Below are positions 1-12,609 of a DNA stretch of 64,000 nt, one piece after another; position 1 is the first letter of the stretch, and every line of letters begins with the position of its first letter. The translations under genes and the position numbers were made by a program. The DNA is from Epithemia pelagica (taxonomy: Eukaryota; Protista; Bacillariophyta). The stretch lies in the NCBI GenBank assembly GCA_946965045.2, contig OX337232.1, positions 3,846,314 to 3,910,313 of the forward strand, read 5' to 3'. The notes beneath the pieces are model-generated. The model saw only the letters and a program-made list of their open reading frames with translations. It was not told the origin of the DNA and made no database searches.

Positions 1-844
1 CACCGAACAGGAAATAGATGAGGCAGAACAGGCGTGCAATTCGGAAGTCGAATTTGAGAAAGTATGTGTATCACATCTACTGCGACAAAACACTTCCTGT
101 TCAATCTCTGAAGTGCCATCATACAAGAACCAAGGACTCGGCCTTTCAAGAGACTTGGCTTATATGGAAACAGACAACAATGCGCCAAAATGAGGTCCCT
201 AGTGGAGCGCAAGCATCGACCAGATCCACTAAGCCAAAGACGCAACAAACAAGACAAGAGGGAGAAGGAGCTCTCACTCTTTGGATTTCCTACGGTTCGA
301 CGGCGAAGGCTTGATCACCTTTGGCGTTGTTCTGAGTTCTCTGAAGAGCTGAATCTCCAACTTTCACAGGCACCAGCTAAGTGCCTAGTATTTTCTTTTT
401 TCCCTCCCTTCCCGCCCTGGGTTTTGGTTCCTACAAGTTGAGAGAAAGCCGACATGGCAAGGCGTTTTCTCTTCTTGATTGTTGGTTTATGGGTTTGTTC
501 CGTCACAGTCTGCTGTCCCTTGCCCCCTTTGCGATTGCATGGTGCTACCTGATTGCGTTGGGGGAATCCAGGGGAACAAACAGGAGTCTCGACATGGTTC
601 ATCTACCCGTGGCTGATAAATTGGTACCCTTAGCTGGTTACGAAACACCGGCTTTGGCCCTGAGTGGAGAAGGTGTCGCCTTCCCCCCACAACACGATCT
701 AATCATATGACTATGATCGCGAGAATCTAATTTGTTTAAGTTATTGAGTTGTTTCATCTGTTTGTTCGCCTTGTATCTTTGGCTGCGAGGGATCTCTTGC
801 TTGGATGGCTACGAGGAAGGGCCCAAGGTCGGCGTGCGAGTGCC

Positions 845-1422
845 CCATGTTCGGCTAAGTAGGCTCAGTACAAAAGCTACGTAGAGTACATAAAATCAGA
901 TAGTACACGTCACGCCGGAAATGGTCGGAATTTCAAAAAAATGCAAAAACGCTCGACAATGATGGCGAGATCCGGTGACGCCGTATGCATTCACCCATGC
1001 ATCGCATAAACATCCAACCACCGTAAGTCCTTTGCCTTTACCTTTTAAATTGTTGTCTGAAATAACAGAAGATTTGCCAAGTTGGCTGAAAAGGTACGCT
1101 CATTTTTCTGCTGCGATGAAATCGAACGACCGCCCTAACTCATTCATTTTTCAAGGGTGCCTGAATCAAAGTGAAAGCGAAGTTGCTCTAGTAGTAAAGA
1201 TTCTTATTGTAAAAGTGATTCAGGCAGGCTCAATTGTTCAGGAAGTTATTGCCATGGGGGTGATGACTTCCATCATTGTCGAGCGATGGCTTCCAATTTG
1301 CATTGTTTCTCGTGGCAGCACGTTTTCAATTTGCGACTCGATGTGACCATCCGCCCCACTTCGTACACAGACGAAAATAGTACTACGTAGCTTTTGTACT
1401 GAGCCTACTTAGCCGAAGATGG
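845..1422. mobile_element. MITE-like element with ~40-bp terminal inverted repeats
   Basis: TTCGGCTAAGTAGGCTCAGTACAAAAGCTACGTAG at 850-884 is the perfect reverse complement of 1383-1417, extending to 845/1422 with one mismatch. An inner 16-bp inverted pair lies at 950-965/1270-1285. No clear TSD and no coding capacity. Confidence 0.7.
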
Positions 1423-2558
1423 ATCGGCTTACCCAGCCCTTAATATCATGGCGAATGTCCAAGCGTTGCCACAAGTAGGGTTTGCTTGTCATGGGATTGC
1501 GAGGCGTGCGCGTCGGAATCGTGGTAGAATGGGTGGATGACGATGAAAATGACAGGGATGCCAAGGGTTGATAATTGCGATACGTGTTTTGGAGTCGTTC
1601 TTGTTGTTGTTGTTGTTGTTGTTGTTGTATGGACAAGGGTGGTGGCGAGGGCATGGATGGACGATCCAGATGTTTTGGAGAAAACACGGACCGACGAGGA
1701 TCCTCCTCCTGGGACAACTCCCCCGTTGCGTTCCAGTCATTGTCGGTATCATCCTCATGGTCGGAAGTGGGTTGAATGAGGTTTTCTTGTTCCAACAAGG
1801 GTAACAAGAATTCGGGTTGCGGCAGGGACCAGACACAATAATACCCATTGGGTTTCTAGACGCAATGGACGGCTCGAAAAATATCTTGGACCTGTTTCGA
1901 TCGTCCATCGTGTGATTGGCATAGGTACGAGACAAGGGATCCATCAATCCCTTGTCGAGTACAGCGTGAATGGAATTGTCTTGCGAAATACTCCACAGTT
2001 GCACAATGTGCGGACTGCAATCGACTTGAATCACCGTTCGTCGTTGTCGTCCTTATCCAAGAGGGGGTTCGTGCGCGGCCGATTCCGTACCCAATCAGGA
2101 AATCCCACAACCCAAAATGACAATAGGAGCCTTCTTTTCTGGGCAAAATCTTTGGTGTCATTGTCGTCCTCCGTATTATACTCATCATTATTGTCATCAT
2201 CATCATTCTCGGTCAATCCCATGGTTTCCGCCAAGGTTGTAGAATGCACCGGTCGATGAGCATGCGACGAATCCAAGGTGGTGGATACTGGCTGGTTATG
2301 GTCGTGATTCTTGTTTGGATCGTAATAGACTGCCGAAACAGAGGGCAAATGCTGCTGATGCTGCGACGCTACGAGCAACGAGGTGGATACGGAAAGCGTC
2401 TTGTACTGATATTCCTGACGCATCGACCCATTCTTGCGGTCCAACTTGATCTGGTTGCTGCAACTTGGATCGATAGGAGAATCCCAATACCGAGAGGTGC
2501 CGTAGGGGGCGCCGGCAAGAAAAGTTTCAAATTGGCTAACGACCAACGCTTTATGCAA
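1409..2558 (-). pseudogene. Class I SAM methyltransferase pseudogene, METTL13/EEF1AKMT4-like
   Basis: Family motifs are spread over three frames: PYGTSRYWD, then frameshift to YRSKLQQPDQVGPQEW; IVILGCGIS*LGTE (SAM motif I with TGA at 2095-2097); VIQVDCSPHIV; SIHAVLDKGLMD. Several frameshifts and stops. Confidence 0.75.
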
Positions 2559-2621
2559 ATAGTAGAAATGGCGAGGTGATATGCTCTGTTCTTCTTCTTA
2601 TATACTACAATAGGAGAGTAT

Positions 2622-4931
2622 TTAGATATCACTTTCTCGCAAGGCGTCCTCGAAGCCCTTCGCTATCTCTTGCAAGAACTTTGACGATGGCATCTTTTTC
2701 GTTGTCTTGCTTCGTAGCAACCGTCCGAACCTGTTCCCACTTCCCAATGCAACCTCTGAATGAGATGCCATTACCTCCGACTTTTCCCCTCCTCCACAAG
2801 TGGAACATACAGCAAGCTTGGTCGCTCCAAAACGGTCATCGGCTGGCACTTCGATTATCAATGTCGAAATTGCATTGTGCGAAAAATTCATATCAGGTAA
2901 GGTGTTTTGCAATGGATCCTCAAGGCCAATCAGTAAGAGAATACACAACCCAGTTTTGATGCCAGCGCCCTTAAACACCTCTTTCATGGCGCTGACTGCA
3001 CTCTGGCGTTGCCCGGGAGTGTACGACAGTCGATTCTTGACACTCACTAGCATGGGACAGTAGTGATCATCAGTATTGTGTTGGTATCGCACAGGTATCA
3101 CCAGGTCGTAAGCCGGGCAAGAGGCATACGCATAGGATGCCCTTGCACCTCGATACCAGTGCTCCAATAGGCCACTCTCCTGCAGTTCTTTCAGGCTGTA
3201 ACGCAAATAATTACGACACACTTGGATAAAATTGACGCTTGCTTCTCCAGTGCTATCAACGCTAGATGAATCATCATCGTTGCCTTGTAGTCTTTTGATA
3301 AATTTCTCAAGTGGAACAGAGAGATGCAAGAGATTTTGTGATTTTTCCCAGCGCAACTCGTCTCCACAAGCCAGCATGTAAAAGGCAGCAGCGACTTCAC
3401 CAACATCTCCCTTTTCAGCACGACACAATGCAGACGTATACATCTTGATGGCAAATTCGGACCAGAAAGAAGGAGGTTGAGAAAAGCCGCCAAAGGACAT
3501 GCACTTCTCAATCATTTGGGACATGGCAAGCCATGCGCATACCGGATCCGGCAGGTACGCAATATCTGCGACTGTTGGTTGTTCCGGGTCAATATGAGTG
3601 AGATGGGCATACCCCGAAGCCACTTGTTTTGACGCAAGATCAAATGAAACTTGGCCCATTTGCAGACGCGTTGCCAAAATTGAAAAACAAGAGCTCACGT
3701 TCTCCAACTCAATCTTGTAGCTCCCACCTTTCATCCTAAGTAAAATTGCGTTCAACGCATCTTTCAGATCACCCTTTAGATGCATCCGAGCGAACAACGG
3801 GCGCCCATATTGGACTGCAACATCAAACTCTGTAGAAGATTTTTTATCGAATTCGGAACCATTGGTTATTGAAACAAGTCCATTCGTTGTGATTTCGAAA
3901 AATGGAGCATACAATCTTTGGCCCGAGTTGTATGTTGCTCTTGCATCTCTTGAGTAGTATGAATTCTGCGGTGGTTCCGTAAAGTAGTTTGCCAAACTCG
4001 TGCTTGTCCCCGCAAATACGCCAACAATGTTATGTTCATTTCGTTCTTTTCGAAGCCACCATCGTATGCTTCGAAAATAAAACCCATCACCATTGTTGAT
4101 GAGGTGTTGGGACTCGTCAAATAGCAGTACGACCTTTTTCGTTCTTGCCTTCTTCACAAAACCATCCAACTTCTTCCACAGCGTTTCTTGGTCATCTTTG
4201 GTTGTTCCAATTGATTTGACGTCCAGCGTCTGGGAGAAAATGTCACTGCCCCATGAATTTGCACCTTGGCCATAATGGCACAGAATAAGTTCGCAGTGAA
4301 CGTCGCTTTGATTGTCACTGTTAAACATCTTCTTGCATTCGTGAAGTAATTTGGTCTTGCCAGTTCCACTCGATTGGATGAGCGGAAAATACGGAGCCAT
4401 GTACTCGTCTTTTGCGGAGTCTTTCCATTTGAAAAGTTCTTCCACTCGAGCATTGAATGCATTGAAGTCTCGTTTGTAAAACATAGCGTTGTTTTTGATG
4501 TCAAAGTCGATCAAGGCCACTCTCTGGGATTCATTGGGGGAAGAATCCATAGGAATTACTTTTCCTGTTCTCAAAAAATGTGCCAAGTCAATCTTCAAAT
4601 CGTCTTGAAAAGCTGCAGAGACTTTAATTCTTTTTCTCAAGAATTTGATCAAAAGACTTCGAACAAAGTCTTTTTCTTCTTGTGACGTTTCTGTCTTGAA
4701 CCAATCGTCCTCCAAGTAGTCACCAAGTGTTTTGCTGTCCTCCGGTGGATTCGGAAAGCTAGCTTTCAAGATTTGGCGAGTCTTCCTTATGGTCACTTTT
4801 CGGTTCTTTTTAGCTGGGCGGGTTCCGTCATTGTCCCCTCCAACCTCTCCCCCCTCGTTGTTGGTAGAGCCTCCATTACTCCTTATTGCGAAAAGAGTTC
4901 TATTGTTGTTGTTGCGTTGAGTTGTAGACAC
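2622..4931 (-). CDS. Crinkler (CR)-type P-loop NTPase fused to a putative C-terminal restriction-endonuclease-fold domain, 769 aa, single exon
   Basis: APYFPLIQSSGTGKTKLL (Walker A in the APY..IQSSGxGK context), VVLLFDE (Walker B), KGDVGEVAAAFYMLACGD, and C-terminal YDLVIP...MLVSVKN resembling a PD-(D/E)xK site. Confidence 0.75.
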   Translation of the reverse strand: MSTTQRNNNNRTLFAIRSNGGSTNNEGGEVGGDNDGTRPAKKNRKVTIRKTRQILKASFPNPPEDSKTLGDYLEDDWFKTETSQEEKDFVRSLLIKFLRKRIKVSAAFQDDLKIDLAHFLRTGKVIPMDSSPNESQRVALIDFDIKNNAMFYKRDFNAFNARVEELFKWKDSAKDEYMAPYFPLIQSSGTGKTKLLHECKKMFNSDNQSDVHCELILCHYGQGANSWGSDIFSQTLDVKSIGTTKDDQETLWKKLDGFVKKARTKKVVLLFDESQHLINNGDGFYFRSIRWWLRKERNEHNIVGVFAGTSTSLANYFTEPPQNSYYSRDARATYNSGQRLYAPFFEITTNGLVSITNGSEFDKKSSTEFDVAVQYGRPLFARMHLKGDLKDALNAILLRMKGGSYKIELENVSSCFSILATRLQMGQVSFDLASKQVASGYAHLTHIDPEQPTVADIAYLPDPVCAWLAMSQMIEKCMSFGGFSQPPSFWSEFAIKMYTSALCRAEKGDVGEVAAAFYMLACGDELRWEKSQNLLHLSVPLEKFIKRLQGNDDDSSSVDSTGEASVNFIQVCRNYLRYSLKELQESGLLEHWYRGARASYAYASCPAYDLVIPVRYQHNTDDHYCPMLVSVKNRLSYTPGQRQSAVSAMKEVFKGAGIKTGLCILLLIGLEDPLQNTLPDMNFSHNAISTLIIEVPADDRFGATKLAVCSTCGGGEKSEVMASHSEVALGSGNRFGRLLRSKTTKKMPSSKFLQEIAKGFEDALRESDI

Positions 4932-5897
4932 AATATAGCAACAAATAAGTTTGTTGTAGCAGAGTTGGATTCGTTGATACAGTGCAGTAGACGATCGAGA
5001 ATGATCGAATCATTCGAGTGATAGTATAGTGTAAAGTTTGTAATAAGTCATGCCAGAACAAGAAACCATGCCAAGCCACAGAAACATTAGTCCAAGGAAG
5101 AAACATGGTGGAAAAGGATACAAGAGGGACAAACCACTTGTCACCACTCAACAAAACGACGACACCAAATCTTTGGTACAACCAACTAATACTTACTTTT
5201 GTCCTTCCACAAAGGATTGTAGATTGGATCCAGGAAGGCAAAATGCCTCAGCAACATGATTCTGATACGCATACGCCAAAATCCACAGACCAAGCATCCA
5301 CGACACAAGTCGTCCACACCGGGAGAAGGAAGAAAACAAAAAGACCATGGTCGATGTCACGGTTTTTGCTTTCGGGTCATATTTTGGAAGGGGCACAAAA
5401 CGACCAAAACCGTTTGGGTGGGCCGGGCGATGGTTTGGTCGTGCAGAAGCACAGGTAAGGTAAGGTACTCAGATTTTTAGCGTAGTTTCTAAAGAAGTTT
5501 AGGTGAAGCTTAGGTTTTGAAGTTTAGGTAGTTTAGGTAGCTCTGAAAAATGGCTCCTTCCCTCAACTACACGGAAGATCACTGGACGTTGACACCAACA
5601 TTCACAGAGAGGGACCCAATATATAGGCTAAATATTTAAAGGGCCACCCAAAACTTCGGTAGGGCAAAAGCAGCGACATGAAACTTTGGATAAACTTAGG
5701 TACCGAAGTTTAGGACAAGAAACTTCGACGATGAAACTTGAAACCTATAGCCTTATGCCTTTCCCTTTCCGTTTTCATATAAAAATGACTCTATGTACTC
5801 CTACTCACTATAGTGGGGATTCGCTTGCAACATTTTCTACTGTGTGTGTATTCAAGACGTTCGAACGATACCCGTGTTGTTGCATGTTTCCAAAAGG

Positions 5898-7279
5898 TCG
5901 ATCATCCTGATACTGTTACTATTCTCATATGTCTTTATGTTACTGTCTATGTGAAATAATGTTGCGCAATGGATTCCACCACAAACAGAACTGGCATTCC
6001 TGTCTTCCTTGTCCAATAAGAAGGAGGGGGAGGATGGAGTCGATCCAAGTCTTGTCAACTCCTCTCGTAGCAGCAACGTCCCATTGTCGTCGACAAGGAC
6101 GGGTCCTACGTTGGGAACAATCGACTCTACCACTATCAACTCAAGCATGTCCACACGCCATGTCGAATATCCTTTTGTGCCAACAAGCCAAACGCCGTCC
6201 ATCGCATCGCCGCCACCAAGAAACCCTTCCTCATCATCATGGTCCTTTGCTACGTCACCTTCTCCAATGGTAAAAGCAGACACCATTCACGGTGTTCCCA
6301 AAATCCTTTGGGCTGTATTGGGATCAAGGGTTGGACCATTTGAAACAACTTGGTGGCCCCCATTCCGAACCCAACAAATATCAGGCCGACTATGCATGCG
6401 TCAAGGCATGGCAAATCTTGCATCCCACGTGGGAGATTCGCATTCTCAATCAAACACAAGCCAAGCAACTCGCTCCCAAAGTTTGCCCATTTGGCCAGCT
6501 TTTTACGAATCAATGACCGTGGCAGTACCGAAACCACACGAATCTGCCCCGTCAAACTGGGAAACCTTCTTCGCACCGAACTCATGGCCTTGTACGGTGG
6601 AGTCTATGCGGATACCTCCATTTGTCCCATGCGGCCCCTGGAAGACTACCTCGGGAAACTGGTTGGTCCCCCGGAGAAGGGGAGTGGCTTTTTTGTTCCG
6701 CCGCTCTTTCGTCTTGCGGGTGCCATGAATCATTCGCAACTCCAACAATATAAAATGTGTCATATTCGAGGCAAGGCGGAAAAAGCCAACCAACAAATGG
6801 CATTTTCCGCACGAATGGTGGACAACTTTTTCATGGTTGCTCGACTCGGAACTCTCATTATGCAACGTTGGATGCAAGCCTATTACCAGCACCTCCTGCA
6901 GGTGCTGGTCCATACTACTCCATCAGACCAGCAGCAGTTGAATTTGTGTGTCGATGTAATGCCGTATTTTATTCACCAATGTACCTTTACACGTCAAGTG
7001 TTGCAGGACGCCGAGTTTTAACAGGCCTGGTCCGTCTTTCAACGACAGGCACGGGCCCACCATGGATATTGGGGAGCCCAAAAGAAGAATGGCGGAATTT
7101 GTTATGGTATCTCCAATGGAACGCTTTCCACAGATGTGAACCACGTCGTGACCAAGTGTGTTTGGCTCAAGAAGCAAAAAGGCCGTTTGAAAGACTATGT
7201 ACGATCGCCCGCTTATCACAACGACATGGCAGCCATACGAGCCAAAGAGGACAAGACTCAAAAATCTTATACTACATAG
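5898..7279 (+). pseudogene. Capsular polysaccharide synthesis / GT32-like DxD glycosyltransferase pseudogene (type II membrane)
   Basis: TM segment IILILLLFSYVFMLLSM is followed by an in-frame TGA (5952). PKILW frameshifts to LYWDQG (+1 near 6311), with a second +1 near 6480. LLRTELMALYGGVYAD follows, then an in-frame TAA at 7019 and an open frame to TAG at 7277-7279. Confidence 0.8.
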
Positions 7280-8189
7280 ACCACGGATTGAAACAATGAG
7301 GAGCAGGGGCAATGCATGGCAAAAGAGATCCGCACCACCACACACAAACAAGAATGACGTTACTAGTACTGTTCCAGGGAAAGAGATGGACTGTCCAACG
7401 GTTGACAATCGAGAAGTATACTTGGGAATGCCGACCAACGCAATATACTGCCACCATTCTCTTGTTGTAGTTGGTTCTCCTCCTTCTTCGGTTCGCACGC
7501 ACGACAAAGACCAGCAACTCTGCCCGCACGTGCTTTCATGCCCTCACCATGCGTTTGTTGAGCTATCCCAAGTAGTAGAAGAAGAAGGAGTCTGCCCATT
7601 CTACGAGATACACCGAGCTACACATACATACACACTACAAGAGAGAATGAGATGTACTGCTACAACGATACAAGGTGGCGGCTCAAATGTACGTACTTGT
7701 TGTGACACAGACTCGTTCCAATTCCACCTGTCGTCGTGTATAATAATAGAGCCCCAAGTTTTTGTGGCCCTTTTGCTTTCTGGGAGACTGTCCGACCAAC
7801 CCCATTGGTTTGGCATCCCGACCATTGGTTTGTGGTTGTGGTTCCCACGGCGGCTCTGTCGCCAGAGCGCAGCACCCAAAATAAGAGTGTGTGGCGGGAC
7901 AAGCTTCTTTGGTGTCCCGCGAGGTTGCCGAAACTTTTGGACGAAGCAACCATGGCTGAACAAACGAGATGCTGTCGTATAGACTGCTACATCTGAAGGT
8001 ACTTTGCCGATACCACAGTCATGTCCGTTGCTCACTCCACATACTGCCCCTACGAACTAGATTCGGAAGAGACGTTTGTGGAATGGTGCAAATCGACGAA
8101 TGTTTGTGTGCGTGTGTGAGATGACTGGTTTTGCCATCCGAATCGAATCCACGGCGGGAGTTGGTGTTTCTTGGTGTACCCGTCTCTCT

Positions 8190-8545
8190 TTGGAATGGAC
8201 CACCAGAACTTTGGAACGCCGAGTTATTGATTCCTCTGTATGTGGCCTTCTGCGTGCGTACATCCAGACAAAACATCATCATACCGCATCAGTTTGAAGA
8301 GCAAGAACGGACCACGAGAGGCGAGGACTACCCGACAACAACAACTGGCAACCGATGATCCATCACGACAAGACAAGCCAAACATGCGCGCAAGAGAAAC
8401 AATGTACATACCCACCAGCCAGAGCCCTCAAGCTTGGTCATCGACTGGCAGTTCGATCGAAACAACCACGCTTCAATCCTTCAACAGGAAGCAAACGAAA
8501 TGGTTGCGAACGATGTTGGACTGGTGGGGAAGGAGTCAAGTCTGA
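8190..8545 (+). repeat. Decayed gene fragment duplicated at ~21560-21960
   Basis: Shared CAACAACTGGCAACCGATGATCCATCACGACAAG block and translated similarity (IPLYVAFCVRTSRQ vs IPLHVALRVRTFRQ; RQQQLATDDPSRQ vs RRQQLATDDPSRQ). Both copies carry stops or frameshifts. Confidence 0.65.
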
Positions 8546-9242
8546 ACCCTGGTCCATTACGAGAAGACAGGAAGTGATAGAGATACTCTGTTTGTCGTAC
8601 AAGATGCAAGAGAAACACCCTCATGAAGAAGCACAAGGTAGATTGCAGACGACACGATACTTTCATGCTAGGGTCGCAAGCCAATTTTCCTCCAGAAATG
8701 ATCCAAAACTTGTTTGGTACTAGATATGGTTGGTGGTTCAGGTGATCTTGTCGTTGTCTAAACTTCGGAAAAGATGCACCTCTGGCGCGCATGTTTCCAT
8801 TTACTGTGGCCGTCACGAAAAACTGGGTGCGGAAATGAGATGATTGATTTTCCAGCAATGATATCATTGCCTGGCTACTGTACTTTGGCGGGGACCTTCA
8901 TTTCTGTGGTTGAAGTTCACGTACTAGATGAAGTCAAATAGGGAGGTTCGCCAGTGCGGGACCATATGCTTAGAAAAGGCCAAAGCATGTCATTCGAACT
9001 GGTGCTCAGAGGTCATGGCACCGTCATCGACGGGAAACTGGACAAGGGTGGCCCTGGTTGGTTTTTACTGCTTATGTGTCTTTCCTTGTCGTTGCTAGGA
9101 GCATAGTCTCTGTCTTGTCCAAGACGCATAGCTCATGCGCGCTTATTGCACACAACGTTAACGGCTCGCGGATACGCGTGCGCAGTGCTTTAGGTCCCGA
9201 GAGCGTTCTGAGTCACGAGCAAACGGCATCCTCTATTTTCTG

Positions 9243-9770
9243 ACCGGCCAGCGTGTCCAGATCATGCGAGCTGCAGTTTCGAGCGAGCCGAGCGTTCGAA
9301 GAGCAAAAGAGGTCATCTTGGCCATCTGTTTTGTCGGCGTTGTTTCCACCCAAACACAAACCATGGAACGGCCAATCCACACATGAGATTTTGCTTCAGC
9401 ATCTGGAGAAAAATCCATACACTAGACAAGAGAGGCCCGCAGCTATCAAAGCTTTCCCCAGATCCATCTATTAATGGGACCACGGGAGTGTGTTCCAAAG
9501 TGACAAGGAGTAACTTGTATTGGATTCATCGCTCTGCGTGGGTCTCCAGTCTCCACCACCTGCTCATGGATTGCGAGACAATTCCGATTGGTGGAGATTA
9601 CAGGCTTTGTCACGCTGGAACGGGACAAGTTCGAGGTACAAAGGGGAATGATGGTTGTGGATTCATTTGTGAAGACTACCTCAAAATGCTCATGGCAACC
9701 ATTGGTGTAGGGGCTAACGCGTCCAGTTCGCAGTGTCAACAAGTCGTTGGCTCCAGGGCATGGTCGTACG
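9243..9770 (+). repeat. Dispersed diverged repeat, copy 1 (inverted copy at ~18330-18870)
   Basis: Long shared blocks such as TTTCGAGCGAGCCGAGCGTTCGAAGAGC, AACACAAACCATGGAACGGCCAATCCAC and GGAACGGGACAAGTTCGAGGTAC occur as reverse complements in 18330-18870. Confidence 0.8.
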
Positions 9771-10196
9771 CAAACGCATGCCACGTGGTTATTCTCTCCC
9801 CATTTAGCATTTAGCTGTCCACGATTAACAAGCAGTTGCGAGACATCATGACCAAACTGCAATAGTCTGCCACCGATCTGCAGAGTGGAACGAGGAGGAG
9901 GAGCAATCCATGGCTCCAGCAATCATCTACCACCGAGCTATACTCGATTCTACAGAGCACAACGAGGAAGAAGACCATTAAGGGTAGCAAAAACAATGAC
10001 TCTCTAACAACAGACAGGGCTGCCTCCCCACACGCCATGATCATGATGATTATGAATGATACATACCATAGAGTTACAACACAACAGAAACCAGGATTGG
10101 TCAGAATCCTTTTCGTGCTCCACCAAACAAACAAACAACCAAAACATGTGATGGATCTCTAGTACCACACCCCTGGACCACTGATACGGTCGCATG

Positions 10197-11926
10197 TCAC
10201 TGCGAGTTTTTGTCCAACGGTGGTGGTGAGGACAAGGACGTCGGAGCAGGAGTATAGTGCGGATGCTGGGAAGAATGATAGGACGTCGACGACGAACCAG
10301 CACCATGCTGCGAATGGTGATAGTAGGCTGCCATTGTACTGGTGGACGGCGGTGGGTATGATTGCGGATCATGCGGAGTGGTGGTCGGTTGTGAAGACCG
10401 AGGAGGATAGGAGGAGGACAGTGATGCAGCAGAAGTACTACTAGGAGCTCCTCCTTGAACTGCCGTCGGACTCCTGTTGTTGTTGCTGTTGTACACGGAA
10501 TGAGACGAGAATGACAGTGGTCCTCCTCCTCCTCGATCACCACCACTTGGTTGTGTCGATGTGCTCCAGGAGGCACTCGGGTGCTGCTGCTGTGCAATTC
10601 CGAGAGGATAACCAGAATCCGACTGATGATGATGATGATGTTGATCTTGCAGGTGTGATGGTGGTGGTGGCTCGGAAGATGGAGTCCCTGTCTGCAGTGG
10701 TGGTTGTGGATGAAAGGACGACGACGACAACAAAGTAGAACGAGGAGTGTTGTTGTGGTTGCCACCAGGAGTGCTGCTCCTGCTGCTGGGATCTTGTTGT
10801 TGTTGTTCTCGAGGAAAGTACGAAGGAGGAGGACCGGATAAATTGGAGGTTGAAATGGGAGGTGGAGGATTTGGTAGATGGTGGTGGTGGTGGTGCTGCT
10901 GCGGATTGTTTGCAACCGCCAGAAAGCCCGATGATGATGATGAAGAAGAAGAGTGAACAGAGACTGGACCGGAAGGCATTGGTGCTCCTGGATAGGGACC
11001 ACCATAAGGACCTCTTCCTCCTCCTCCAATCAAGGATGATCCGGGGTACGGAGGGTGATTGTGTGGAAACGCAGTTTGAGGATGATATCCGCGTCCCTGA
11101 AAAGGATGAGCACCAGACCGAAGCATGACCATACTCGCATCCTTAGGGAGGAACCAAAACAACCAAAAAGAATTATTAGACCAGACAGAAATCCTGTAAG
11201 ACTACGATGGTCCATCGCTCCATCTGCTGTTTTGTTGGAGAAGACTCTACAGAAGAAACCAAACGACTCGTTCGTCTAAAGGACTACAACCACTCCTAGA
11301 GAAGTAGCAAGCCTATCCACAGAACAACAACAACAACAAGAGCTTACCTTTTCGTGATGGTGGCTTTCCCCTAGAGTACCCCGGCTTTGCTTGAGCTCTT
11401 GGATTTCTTGACTCATGCGACGAATCGTTTCAGTCGCCTTTTGGATGAGATCATTACGGGTCATTTTGGTTTCCCCACTGTCACTGTTGTTGTCGTCATT
11501 GCCACCCATGGAGCCTTTGTGAGATCGTTTGGTACTAGAAGACCGTCCGGTATTGTCGGAAATGTCGAGAATGGCACCTCCAAAGGCGGCCGGATCGACT
11601 TCAGCCAAAATTTGACTCAAATTCAAAAAGCCTTCCTTTTCCTCTCGTCGACGATCCTTTTCTCTCCGTCGTTTCCGTTCCGATTTGCGACGTTCGTGGT
11701 CCTTGTGAATGCGAGTTCGTTCGTCCTCCTCATCCTCCTCTTGGTGATTGTGTGGGTGGTGGGAATGTTGGACTCCTCCTACAAATGGCGGCTGTGGTGG
11801 TGGTGGTTGGAGATGTTCCTCCTCCAGACCACCACCATAACTACCCGTGCTACGATGGGCCACAGAAGCATGGTCCTCCACCACAGCAGCAGCATCACCA
11901 TTGGAAGACGAAGGGAGTTCCATCAT
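10197..11926 (-). CDS. bHLH transcription factor with a long Pro/Ser/His-rich C-terminal region; predicted exons 11926-11348 and 11141-10197
   Basis: Basic region and helix 1 RKSERKRRREKDRRREEKEGFLNLSQIL, helix 2 RNDLIQKATETIRRM. A GTAAG donor at 11347 and AG acceptor at 11143-11142 join the two ORFs in frame. The 3' structure is less certain. Confidence 0.75.
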
Positions 11927-12380
11927 TCCTTTCTTACTACAAGAGCGAGACGAATAATAATCAGGGACGTTGGTCCAGGAAGCTTTCTGCTGGTTGTTGT
12001 TGTTGTTTATTCTTCGACAAACTCCAGCCGTTTGGTTGAACGCAATGGCCGAGGCGACACACTTCTTCTCTCTAGTTATATTGGTGCGTGTGTGCTATTG
12101 GATGATGATGATGATTGTCGTTCGTTCATACCGTCTTGTCTCAAGTTCCGGACGTTCGTTCCAAGCGAGAGAGCGAGAGTGTTCGCATTTCGCAATGCCG
12201 TTGGTGAGGCGATATAGGCGATGCTGCTTTGTGAGCACGACATGGTCAATGGACGAATGGGTAGTCGGTAGGGGCATAGTGTACCGTGGATTCCGTCGCG
12301 AGTCGCGAGCCTCCATAACGCGCTTAAGGCGTTAATTCAACACGTGCGCCGAAGGCGAATGGTGTGTCCTTATCTATTCT

Positions 12381-12609
12381 CTAGTGTCTAGTCTACCGGT
12401 CTCTGTCCTCATATGAGGACATGATGTCCAAGATATTAAAGCCTGGCAACCTTTACCAAGAGTACTATGACCAAACTAAACCTGAGGAAAACGATGGTGC
12501 CATCCATTTTTCTCTATGCTGCAAAGAATACCATGAACTGAGATGTGCCAAATGTGTCCTCATATGAGGATATGTCCTTATATGAGGACAATGGTAGACT
12601 AGACACTAG
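12381..12609. mobile_element. 229-bp MITE
   Basis: Perfect 17-bp inverted ends CTAGTGTCTAGTCTACC (12381-12397) and GGTAGACTAGACACTAG (12593-12609), with subterminal palindromes GTCCTCATATGAGGA at both ends. The outer TA or CTAG could be the TSD. Confidence 0.8.

Noticed and set aside
1-720. Short ORFs at the left edge
   Set aside because: No recognisable motifs; 2-193 may be the tail of a gene outside the window but cannot be supported.
5480-5750. Telomere-like or fold-back element from AAGTTTAGG/AAACTT micro-repeats
   Set aside because: Not a regular TTAGGG array, and no definable TIR or TSD was found.
10004-11029. 341-aa alternative-frame ORF
   Set aside because: By-product of trinucleotide repeats in the bHLH second exon.
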